Shown piece by piece: positions 11,975-25,499 of a stretch of 64,000 nt of DNA. The notes under the pieces are model-generated. The model searched no databases. It was given only the letters and a program-made list of their open reading frames with translations, and was not told where the DNA came from. A program made the translations under genes and the position numbers. Every line of letters starts with the position of its first letter. The first letter of the stretch is position 1. Source of the DNA: Octopus sinensis (lineage: Eukaryota); contig NC_043008.1 in the NCBI RefSeq assembly GCF_006345805.1, forward strand, positions 46,004,001-46,068,000, in the 5' to 3' direction.

Positions 11975-13233
11975 TTTGGTTGTTCCGAAAATAATGGTCT
12001 CTCTGAGTGTTGCGTTTTCAAACGCAAGTTTATCATAGTATTTTAATTATATTTTAGGTGAATTTCAACATACTTAATAATTGATGTATGCTCTTCAATA
12101 ATTTTCTACTTATTTCAGACAGAAAACATTCTTGATGCACAGGCGCCTTAAATTATGAACGACAAAAAAGGACCTTCGCTTACTTTTCTCGCATGAGTTC
12201 ATACTTGGGCACAATGCCTCCCAAACTGCTGCCATTATCAAAAGAGTTTGGGGAGAGGGATCCACAAGTGATCGCACAGTACGAAGATGGTTTCAGAAAT
12301 TCCATAGTGGTGATGAGAACCTTGAAGTTGAGGAAGGCACAGGACGGTCAAGCAGTCTTGACAATGAACAATTGAAAGCAATTGTCGAACAAAACCCGCG
12401 TCAAAGTGTCAGAGAAATGTCTCAGGTACTTGGTGTCGGTAGTGCAACGGTCTGACACAATCTGCAGAAGATTGGTAAGGTGAAAAAGCTAGATAAATGG
12501 GTACCTCGTGAGCTCAATGAAAATAAAAAAATTCGGCGTTTTGAAGCATGCTCGATGCTCTTTCTGAAAAACACCAATGATCCTTTTCTTGACCGAATAG
12601 TCACTTGTGACGAAAAGTGGATCCTTTATGATAACTGTAAACGATCTGGTCAATGGCTTGATCATGATGAGTCCAACCAAAATTTCCCACAGTCAAAGTT
12701 GCATCAGCAAAAGATTGTGGTGACTGTCTGGTGGTCTGCAGTTGGTGTTGTCCATTACAGCTTTCTGGAAGCCAATCAGAGCATTACAGCAGTGGTTTGA
12801 TGCAATCTCTGAAATGCATACTCACTTGCAAAAATTAGATCTGCATTGGTGAATCTGCGTGACCCAATTCTGCTCCACGATAATGCAAAGCCATATGTTG
12901 CAAGAGTGACGCTGCAGAAACTCACAGATTTGGGATACGAGACTTTACCACATCTTCCATATTCTCCTGATCTTTCGCCCACTGACTACCAGTTTTCAAG
13001 CATTTAAACACGTTTTTATGTGGTAAAACCTTCAGGCACCAACCAGAGGTGGGAGCAGCTTTAAAAGCTTTCTTACCATCAAACCCAATACATTTTTATC
13101 AAGGAGGCATAAATATTTCGTTGATCGATGGCAGCTCACGGCTCATACTTTCACTAAGCAAAACATTTCTATTGTTAATATTTCCAGGATAAAATTATTT
13201 CTGAAATCGGCCATTATTTTCGGAACAACCTAA
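11975..13233 (+). mobile_element. Full-length mariner (DD34D) transposon with pseudogenised transposase
   Basis: TIRs tt(t/a)ggttgttccgaaaataatgg(t/c)c at both ends with TA TSDs (11973-74, 13234-35). Motifs WVPREL, FLDRIVTCDEKWILYDN, LLHDNAKPY, PYSPDLSPTDY. Frameshifts and stops present. Confidence 0.95.
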
Positions 13234-13519
13234 TATTGTTATTGCTTAGGAAAAACCTAATCAGAACAAATTAATATTTTGTATATTTCTGTTCTATTTA
13301 AAACCGAGTTTATTCGGAATATATTTTACATCTAGTCCTGAGGTTATCTTTGCGGGGTCATACATTGTACATTTTTCAATATTTTTGCAAATTTTTGCCT
13401 CGGATTAAACAATCTACGACGTGTTTGTTGGACCAGCATTTCACACACTCACATACATACACACACGCGAGTGTGAGCGCGCGAGCACATACACGCACGC
13501 GCACATATGTATGTATATA

Positions 13520-13794
13520 ACCGTGGTCACCGTGACCGACCAGTTTATCAGATGTTGCTACACATCGCTGGTCACAATGCACTTCGCATTGTTTCAGCCT
13601 TCAAAAGGTGGCTAAGCGAGCAGGCCAACAGAAGAAAGAATGTGAGAAAGTTGTGGCGAAAGAGTACAGCAAGGATCGATCACCCCCTACCGGAGACTCG
13701 TGGAGCTTTAGGTGTTTTCGCTCATTAAACACTCACAACGCGATCCAACGACCGCGAGTCCTCTGGCCTAACACTTGGGCCATTGCGCTTCCAC
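13520..13794 (-). mobile_element. tRNA-derived SINE (family C)
   Basis: The minus strand begins gtggaagcgcaatggcccaagtgttagg..ggactcgcggtcg (A-box-like tRNA head); the B-box region appears deleted. Confidence 0.65.
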
Positions 13795-13807
13795 ATGTAT
13801 ATATATA

Positions 13808-13839
13808 TAATTAAGTGGAAATATCATCCATATGAAAAT

Positions 13840-13897
<58 letters not shown>

Positions 13898-13944
13898 TGA
13901 TGATGATAATAATAAAAAACAACAACAACAACAACAACAACAAC

Positions 13945-13993
<49 letters not shown>

Positions 13994-14010
13994 TGATGAT
14001 GATGATGATG

Positions 14011-14068
<58 letters not shown>

Positions 14069-14114
14069 TGATGATAATAATAAAAAACAACAACAACAAC
14101 AACACAACAACAAC

Positions 14115-14152
<38 letters not shown>

Positions 14153-14191
14153 TGATGATAATAAAAAAACAACAACAACAACAACAACAAC

Positions 14192-14225
<34 letters not shown>

Positions 14226-14272
14226 TGATGATGATGATAATAATAAAAAACAACAACAACAACAACAACAAC

Positions 14273-14310
<38 letters not shown>

Positions 14311-14351
14311 TGATGATGATAATAATAAAAAACAACAACAACAACAACAAC

Positions 14352-14389
<38 letters not shown>

Positions 14390-14424
14390 TGATGATGATG
14401 ATAATAATAAAAAACAACAACAAC

Positions 14425-14480
<56 letters not shown>

Positions 14481-14521
14481 TGATGATGATAATAATAAAA
14501 AACAACAACATCAACAACAAC

Positions 14522-14565
<44 letters not shown>

Positions 14566-14603
14566 TGATGATGATAATAATAAAAAACAACAACAACAAC
14601 AAC

Positions 14604-14649
<46 letters not shown>

Positions 14650-14696
14650 TGATGATGATGATAATAATAAAAAACAACAACAACAACAACAACAAC

Positions 14697-14753
<57 letters not shown>

Positions 14754-14932
14754 CTTGTGTTGAACACGTATAATGTAGTCGGCATGAAAACCCACATCGA
14801 AATATATATATTAGCATTTCGATGTGGGTTTTCATTCCGACTACATTACACGTGTTCAACACAGGATTATTTTTATTATCATTATTATTATTAATTATTG
14901 ATTTTCATATGGATGATATTTCCACTTAATTA
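13808..14932. repeat. Asymmetric foldback with an expanded composite (AAT/GAT/AAC) microsatellite in the left arm
   Basis: Outer ~40-bp arms at 13808-13850 and 14890-14932. Inner 51-bp arms at 14753-14803 and 14816-14866. About 900 bp of higher-order repeat between the left blocks. Confidence 0.92.
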
Positions 14933-15485
14933 ACTTGAGTCATTTATTTTTGAAATGTAATCCATAATATTCATTCCGCACTCATCTGGCTCCCGTAGCT
15001 TTCAGAATAGTGGTTGTAGAAAAATTTCAACGTATTCTGCAGTTGAAGTCTAGCGGTACTTGAAGATCGAGTATAAGACAGAGAAGATATTTGGCTCGAA
15101 ATTAAGCAATGGAAATTATATTTTGTTTTTATATTAAGTCTTTCTGGGATTTCTTCCAATTAAGTGATTTTAGCCCCCAAAATATCATTGCTCTTAAAAT
15201 ATATTTTTCTGTGGTAGCCGTTCTCCATTTCAATGGGAGCACATCTTTAACGACCTTTACCTTTCAATAAAGATGTGTATCTGTTTCTACACATCTCATG
15301 CACCCGTCTATGCACACACACACGTTCAGGCTTTTTTTCTCTATATATATATATATTCCTATATATATATTTACATGTGTATTGTATGTATCTATATTTT
15401 ATATATCAAGCCTGAGCGTGTGTATTTGCATCACTATCTTTCTCTCTCTCTCTCTTTCCCTCCCTCCCCTTCTTTCTTTATATAT

Positions 15486-15519
<34 letters not shown>

Positions 15520-17324
15520 CATATATGCGTATGTGTGTGTGAATATGTATTTATATGTATATGTGTATACACACACGCACATGTATGTATATATATATAA
15601 ATATATATATAAATATATACATAATATATATATATATTATATATATATATATATACATAATATACACACACACACACATATTATATATACATAATATATA
15701 TACACACACACACATATGTAGTATGTATATATAGTATACATATATAAATGTATGTCTATGATTAGTATTCTCCCGACGGTGAACTATTTGCTCGATAATC
15801 TTTCAATTGTCGATAGTATTTAAATAGAAAACATCCTTATTGTCCTCCATAACTGAAAATGAATCTTGCAAGATGCGACCTTCGACCTAATTAATATACA
15901 ACTATTTCAAGTCTTTCATTTTTACTTGGTTGTAAATGAATTATTAGGTTATCTTGAGAAAACAGCCGATATAAATGAATGGGAATGCCATGACCTTTCG
16001 TGTGTTGGGTTTATTTTCGTTAAATCCATTTTTTGCTTTTGTTACTCTCTGTTTCCTATGAATATTAACGAAATGAGACGAGAAAGTATTCTCAAGTTTT
16101 CCAATGTTATTTTGCTTCAAGATGCCAGGAAAATATCAGGCTCTATGGAATAATCAGTCTGGTTCATGATTAAATCTTTAGCGTTTTCTTATTCCTTATC
16201 GTGTCCACCAGTATACTTTCAGGAAACATTCCACTCAATTTATTAACCTCGGTCTAAACGTCACGAAAGCATACATACATTACTGAGTTATTTTATAAAG
16301 TTTTATCTTTTGTGCTTTTATGAAACACATAACCTTATCAATGGTCAATCTTGCTACACATCCGAACTCTATATTGGAAGTGCTTGTAGAGCAAATATAT
16401 CAGAAAACAATCGGACATACACCGCAAACTAAACTTACTGAGATAGTAAAAAGTGTGTATACCGCTTCTTATCCCTTTATGTTCCTCGATTAAATTGCCA
16501 AGGAATGATATACTCGCAGTTATAACAATACAATTACATGCAAACATAAAAGAAATAGTATAAGCATGAATATATCGAGGAGTTAAATCAAAACAGTCGA
16601 ACCGTGTGGTATATCAATGCGTATCTCACATATGCAGAACATTGGAAGTTAATTAAGCAGATATTGTTGCTAAAGACGACAAAAGGATATCTCCCTCCCA
16701 ATCAACGCCCACAAGAGCTAACAGTGTATTTTTCAAAGGGAAAGAAGTTTATCCAACCTGACCCATCACCCAGCAACAGTTGCTCAACATAAACTCCAGG
16801 ACCCAGCAACGTTGAGCCCGTGCTGATGCAATTTTTTCATTCGTATTTGAAAGTTAAACGTACATAATAGAAATTTGTGATACAGGGACCTAAAGTATGA
16901 TGTTTATTCATGAGCAAAATAGAGATTCCGTTTCCAAAATCAAAATTGGTCTGAAACGATATTTTGATGTATTTTATCAGCCGCCTGGTTCATAAACACC
17001 TTTTGGTGCATGGCTATATTTCATGGAGTCCAAAGACGCCCTTCGGGGATGCCGTATTCACTCACGGAACAAGACCAGTCAATCTCAATCTCAGTTTCCT
17101 ATGAAACTTATCCTTACTCTCACTCTCTTGCATCGTTCAAACCCTTTCGCATCATATGTATACGCACGCGCGTATATGTTTATTTGCGCATACACTAATA
17201 CATACATATATGCATGAATGAATACATACATACATACATAAGTACATGTATGTATATATCTCTCACTTTCTGTCTCTCTTTCTCTCTCTCTCTATCTCTA
17301 CCTCTCGTGGGTGACCCTGCTGTC

Positions 17325-17516
17325 TGGCAGTCGCCATGATAGATCGTTAGCCATTACGCACATTTTTTCTCTCCTTGTTTTTTCTGTGTCCCTTTCGGTA
17401 GAAGAGCGTAGGATAGAAACGTAAAAGAGTTTTTCTCTTCTTGAGCGTTATACTAATACATCTGTTTGTTTTGTACACCACTTGTCTTCGTCTATTGTTT
17501 TTTCGTAAACTCTCCC
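17325..17516 (+). repeat. Dispersed repeat, Penelope-terminus-like, with a degenerate hammerhead-like motif (second copy 47710-47890, minus)
   Basis: Shared cgccatgat..cctttc..gaaa(c/t)gtaaaagac/g..gagcgtta(t/a)actaat..cac(c/t)tgtcttcgtc; abuts (TA)n. Confidence 0.7.
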
Positions 17517-17586
<70 letters not shown>

Positions 17587-17905
17587 GTGTGTGTGTGTAA
17601 GAGAGAGCGAGAGAGAGCAACTTAAATTTGGGTTTCTGTGCAAATTAATTGATGCATTGAAAAAATTTAATAACCTTAAGTGCAACATTTTCCCGATACT
17701 TGAAGCACAGAATTTACAGACAGCATATTCCGTAATAAGGTTGACGAGACAGCTGTAGAAAGACAAGTGTTTGGAATGTCCATGCTTAACACGCTACGAA
17801 ATCACTAATTAGGTTTGCATGCTCCGGGCCTTTTTCTTATAAAACTGTAATGTCAGTTTGTATCAGCCACAGAATTATTGCTTATCTATGTTTTGTTTTC
17901 TGTGC

Positions 17906-17948
<43 letters not shown>

Positions 17949-18253
17949 TGAGAGAGAGAGAGTGAGTGTGTTAATCTTGTTGAAATTCCTTGTAGATAAT
18001 TATATCTTCTTATTGTAGCACTTACAAACTGAAATACACATATTCCATTCTAGCTCATTAACTTCACTTTTCTCTTAAGATTATAAACGTGAAATAAATT
18101 TTACTTTCTTCATTTTCAGCTGCTGCAAACTCCATCGGAACCTATTGTCTTAGCAACGAGAGATATTTCCCTTTATTTTCTCCGTCATCACTGTTTTAAA
18201 TAAATGAGCAATGTATTATTACATTCAGGACTTCCGAAGAAAATAAATAAACA

Positions 18254-18307
18254 GGCGATGCCCCAGCATGGCCTCGGTCACTGGACTGAAACATATAAGA
18301 GAATAAG
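18254..18307 (+). mobile_element. Isolated SINE/CR1 3' tail
   Basis: ggcgatgccccagcatggcctcggtcactggactgaaacatataagagaataag matches the tail shared by the LINE and SINE copies. Confidence 0.7.
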
Positions 18308-18820
18308 GCGAAATGTATAATGATTTTGATGAGCAAAAGGCAACCTTATCATCAACAACAATAACAACAGCAACAACAGCTACAAAATAATAACAGCATA
18401 ACCTACTACTACTACTACCACATTATTATTCTTTATATAAATTATAAAATATTTCATATTTTCCAAGAATTCAATGTGTTATTTAAATATATTGAACATA
18501 ATTCGTGTAATAACGATGCAATATTGTTCAGCCAAAGTGGTTCCCTTATTTCATCTGGAATGAATGCCTTCATGTTAGAGAAATAAGAACTTTCAATTGT
18601 GGCATAATCCAGAATATTCTAGAAGTGAGTTTACAAGTGATTCTTCGTTATTTTTCATTTCGACAGTTTAAATTCTGCCTTCCTGCTCAATAATAGTCCG
18701 AATACTAGTAATACGCTTCAATCCATTAGATTAAATTTCATGATCACCTGACCTATAGACCTACTAATGCAGCGAGCTGTCTTTACTCAACAACTTTCCT
18801 TTTTACTGTCATAATCAAAG

Positions 18821-18851
<31 letters not shown>

Positions 18852-18900
18852 CATACATACATACATACATACATACATACATACTACATACATACATACA

Positions 18901-19816
18901 TGCGGTGGCTGCCCCCTTGTTATCGAGTATGACCATTGCACGAATCTTAATCAATGTTGTTATCATGCAATGCCTTTGCAAGATTTTTTCTTAGAGTTAG
19001 AAAAGGCTGTGCACTGAGTCAATCCCACTCACTAAGCAACAGCAGCCATAATCCAAAAAGAAGAACAAGTCAACATCATCGGTAACCACTGAGCCGCAGT
19101 TTTATGTCGGAGTTATCCCAGTTACCTGAGTTACCTTCTCCTAGAAGGATACATACATGCATGCATACATGATCGCTGCTTCCTCGTTATCGAGTATGGC
19201 CATTGCACAAAGCTTAACTGTTATTGGTGTTGTGATCGAATGTGACTTTTATTTGCTTTTAAGGCTACAGACAGCCATTCAGTTGAGACGCACAGCACCA
19301 TCAACAATCATGAACAATGTTGTTATCGTGCAATGCCTGTGCAAGAAGATTTTTTTAAAGTGAGGAAAGGCTGTGCACTGAGTCAATGCCACTCACTACG
19401 CAACAACAGCCATAATCTGAATAGGAGTACAAGTCAACGTCATCGATAACCACTGAGCCGCAGGTTTTATGTTGGAGTTATCCCAGTTACGTAAGTTACC
19501 TTCTCCTAGAAGGATGCTCTAACAAAGGCTAGGAGTCCTTCACTCCCAATGGTTTAACCGCGCGATCGAGTATTCAGTCCGATTATTTCTATGTCCCCGC
19601 GCATGATACATCCTTAAGACATTTATTAGATGGCCGTTGACTCTCAAGAGTTCCTCCGCCCTTTCACGGGTTTTGTTTTTCATCCCGCAGGGTGTCCAAT
19701 AAACACCCTCCTCACCAAGCGAACTTGGTGGGGTTACCGGTGTAGTCGCCGATGACCCGACCATGCAACAGGTTGTACTGGGTTACATGTTACCAGTAGC
19801 ACCCGAAAGTGACCTG
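18901..19816 (-). mobile_element. Non-coding, RTE-like non-autonomous retroelement: one ~645-bp copy (19170-19816) plus a 5'-truncated tandem copy (18901-19150)
   Basis: 18901-19150 repeats within 19170-19515. Both copies end (minus strand) in (ATGT)n. The 5' part resembles RTE 5' UTRs as I recall them. Confidence 0.65.
19737..19814 (-). ncRNA. Candidate decayed HDV-like ribozyme
   Basis: P1 GGUCAC/AUGGUC, P2 CCAGU/ACCGG, P3 ACA/UGC around ACCUGU, P1.1 CC/GG, J4/2 CUAC; one mismatch in each of P1-P3. G1 coincides with the element's 5' end. Confidence 0.4.
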
Positions 19817-19817
19817 A

Positions 19818-20360
19818 CATAAACATACATACATACACACAGACACACATACATACACACACACACTCACACATACATACATACACAGACATATACATAC
19901 ATACGTACACACACATGCATACATACATACACACATACATACATACATATATACGTACATGCATACATACATACACACATACATACACACAAATACATAC
20001 ACACATACATACATACACACACATACATACATACATACATACACACATACATACACACACATACATACACACACACACACATACATACATACATACATAC
20101 ATACACACATAAATACACACAAATACATACACACATACATACATACACACACATACATACATACATACATACATACACACAATACATACACACATAAATA
20201 CACACAAATACATACACACATACATACATACACACACATACATACATACACACACACATACATACATACATACATACATACATACACATACATACATACA
20301 TACACACACACATACATACATACATACATACATACATACATACATACATACATACACATA
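19818..20360. repeat. (CATA)n/(CA)n compound microsatellite
   Basis: Visible simple repeat. Confidence 0.95.
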
Positions 20361-20698
20361 TGTGAAAGTACGTATGAAAAAAAAGGAAAGTGTTACTCCT
20401 AACTTATATTATTGTCGTTTTTTTGGTAATCTGTAATCATAATCAATAACCAATCAGAAAACGACATCATATTAGATCTATGACCGATCAAAGACGTTAT
20501 AATTTGTAATTACTTACTGATTTCGATTATAGATTACAAAATTGGGTATAATGGAATAATTGAAATACTGACACCTTACCTCTAGTAATTCTTTCAGACT
20601 AAAAAGTACTCTTCATACTACGAAGTAACCCTATCGAATTGTTCGGCCTATTTCTACAAACCCCTCCCACCCATGTGTGTGTGCGTGTGTGTGTGTAT

Positions 20699-22450
<1,752 letters not shown>

Positions 22451-24923
22451 TCTCCATGTAAAGTCGACCGATGTTCCTGTCCACCAAGCAGTTGCCATCA
22501 GTGTTTTAACTGCTGTATGTTATGCGTTTGCTTTCGATGTTTCCTGCAAACTTCTTCGGCCCGTCTTTAAAGTACATAGAACAAATGACGTCTTTACCAG
22601 ACTCATTGATTTTTATCTTTTTTTAATGGAACAGCAAACTCCTGAAGGACCCTGGAAATAATTTGGTTAGCTTCCCTCATATTGTTATAAAATGGATATA
22701 AAATTTCAGTCGCTGCACATGAAGACATAGAGTTGTTACAATGTAAGTATACGCTAGTGAATTGACAGCATTATATGACTAGAATATGTATTATTGAAGA
22801 GAATCACATCAAAAATCAATCCTAGTTTAATTAAAACCCAGAATCTGTTGCTGTGTAAGTAAATACAACAAGGCATTTAGATTAAATACTTCAATATTTT
22901 CTCTTACTGCACTGCACCAAAAGAAAATCATAAAAACAGAATGACTAATATAATGTGTCTGTCTGTTCTCTTATGAAGTCATTTCATTTACATCGACTTT
23001 CTTGAGGAATGATTGAAAGCCTACTTTTCGCTTCCCAGCAGCAGAACTGTTGATCAAATATAGATCTGAATTGTACATACACGTATTTCTAAAATTATAT
23101 AAGCCTATTAGACTCAATGAATATTCCCAACATTAGGGGTCACTCACTCCTACTACAAATGTCTAGATTTTAAAAATGTGAAAGCATGTAAAGGGTGAAT
23201 GTGCTCTTTAGCAGCGTGTTCCGAGGCTGAAGATGCGGTCAATTGCAGCCGTAAATCAATATCTGTAGGTAAAACCGAATATGCCAGAGGGAAGAAAGTG
23301 TAGGTCTGCCCCGAAGACTTTTAAGAAATTAAACATCACAAGAGCCAGACAGTGGCATTTAAATCGGGAAACTACGTGAATTATTTGAAAATATATAAGC
23401 AATTATTTTATTTATGCTAACCTTTGTTACTTCTCGACGGATTTGCGTGATGGCCAGAAGCATTGGAGTATATCTGGTGTGGCAGTCGACCTGTGTCATA
23501 AAGTCATTTCAATTCGTTTCGTATTTCAATGTAAATGATTTGCGCCATCACAATGAAAACTCTCTCACTCAAAGCAGTCAATATTAAACCTGAAACTAAA
23601 ATTAATCAGTAAAATTGTGAGCAATGTTAACACGATGATCCTAGTACTGTAATCCTCATTGTCCTCAACATTGTTTTCCTCTTGAATATCAGGATCTCTA
23701 TATCCATCATCTCATATCCCAAGAGATATGACAAGGTCTGAAGCATTGAAAAATTACGTATGTTGATCTCCGTCGGGGAGGAAAATGACTGTACAGAATG
23801 CATAAGCAGCTATTCCAAATATAATTTTTAAAAAAATTTTGTAGATTAAATAGTTTAAGAAAAAAACATAGAATGTGTGCTACTCCACATTCATATAACA
23901 TATAGAGCTTTTTTACAGCTATATGACTTGAGGTAATGTGCGGTATATTAAGGGTCAAATGATCGACATATTAATCCGATAGCACTAGTAATGATAACCT
24001 TCCAACCTGCAACCGCTCGGCCGTTAAACTAACACTGTACTCTCGGGTTCATTCACGATTCTAAGATGTTGAATAAAATACATTCTACTTGTTGCAAATA
24101 ATGTGAAAACTAAGTTTGACAGGTGCATTGAAGGAGGAGCAAATATATTATGGCCTTACCGTCCAATGTCTTTGGAGATGTAATAGAATTTGTCCCTTGA
24201 CATGCGAACAGGAAATTTAATTTGACAACCGATTATAAGCTTGTTGAATAGTTCTGGCGAATTCTCCGCATTTCCATTGATGCCAATAGTCTTAAAATGT
24301 CTTACACTGATTTATGTTAACCTAGCTTGGTTTTAGTTAAATTATAAGCAATGAACTGCAAGACAGTCCTTCTATTATTTCTGAATTTAATTAAAAGCTT
24401 CTAAAGTAAGTTGCATTTGATACCAGCCCAAAATTCCTTAAATAGATTTCCTCTTAACTATCTTAGCTGCAAGCCAAGGAAATTACAAGAAATGGAATAG
24501 CGTCCATTTATTTCTATATATTCCTTGTCTGTCTTTTTTTTTGTGAATTACATGTAGTGGTTTCTAAAGCAAGGTATGTGCCAATTCGGTTTATTTAAAT
24601 CAACATTAACATGATGTGTTTATTGCTTTTAGAATCACTCGTCAAAATGTGTTGTAACTTCTGTTAAAATATGTGAAAATATATCTTAACAGAAGAATAT
24701 TTTCATACATTTCTGTTGAGAAATAAAATGATGGCACATCAAATTATAGCTTAGCTGGCGTGGTTTCTTATGCTCTAAATTCCACAATCCAAGTACGTTT
24801 TTACCAAATACAAAAACAAATGTGTCAGTTATTCAAATATTTTATATCAACACAATGCAAATATTTCTAACGTATATTTATATAATCACTTTTTAATAAT
24901 AATAACAAGAACACTAATAAACC

Positions 24924-25132
24924 TTTCTGTTATAGGCACAAGGCTTGACGTTTTGTGGGAAGGGACTAGTCGATTACATCGACCTCAGAATTTCACTAGT
25001 ACTTAATTTATCGACCCCGAAAAGATGAAAAGCAAAGTCAACCTCGGCGGAATTTGAACTCAGAACGTAGCGACGGGCGATATGCTGCTACACTTTTCCT
25101 CCAGCGTGCTAACGACTTTGTCAGCTTGCCTT
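24924..25132 (-). mobile_element. tRNA-derived SINE (family A)
   Basis: gtcgattacatcgacc..tttatcgaccccgaaaagatgaaaagcaaagtcaacctcggcggaatttgaactcagaacg is the reverse complement of the family A body. Confidence 0.9.
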
Positions 25133-25154
25133 AACTACATTAATAATAATTAAT

Positions 25155-25321
25155 TTTCTGATACTGTATCAGGCAACGGCTCTGATGGCTTCTGATCTTA
25201 AGTGATTGAAAGTGGTTTGTACATATTTTGACTTGGTATACAAGATGGGTTACGGCAAATATTCTGCTCAATACCACAAACTTGCTTGTCAGTTGCTTGA
25301 CTTTAACCAGTTGAGCATGTC
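25155..25321 (+). repeat. Dispersed repeat adjacent to (AAT)n (second copy ~29993-30197 in opposite orientation)
   Basis: atggcttctgatcttaa.tgattgaaagtg..gcaaatattctgctcaataccaca..ttaaccagttgagcatgtc occurs in both copies. Confidence 0.85.
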
Positions 25322-25499
25322 ACAGGGTTCGCAACAAAAATAATTGGAGACGGTACAAGACAATACAATGTGTGATCTCATAAATGCATGTAAAATATTA
25401 AAATAGTAATGACAATATAAGGGTATAACAATGAATAATTCCCAAAAAGAGACTTCCTAGGGATGCTCGAAGAGAACCCACAAAACCACAGTCCTCACC

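Noticed and set aside
13811-14894. Long ORFs (328, 338 and 195 aa) of poly-L/I/Y/N
   Set aside because: Translations of the trinucleotide array; no protein signal.
22560-24500. Complex unique-looking sequence, possibly a decayed DNA transposon
   Set aside because: The frames I translated are interrupted and showed no motif I could assign.
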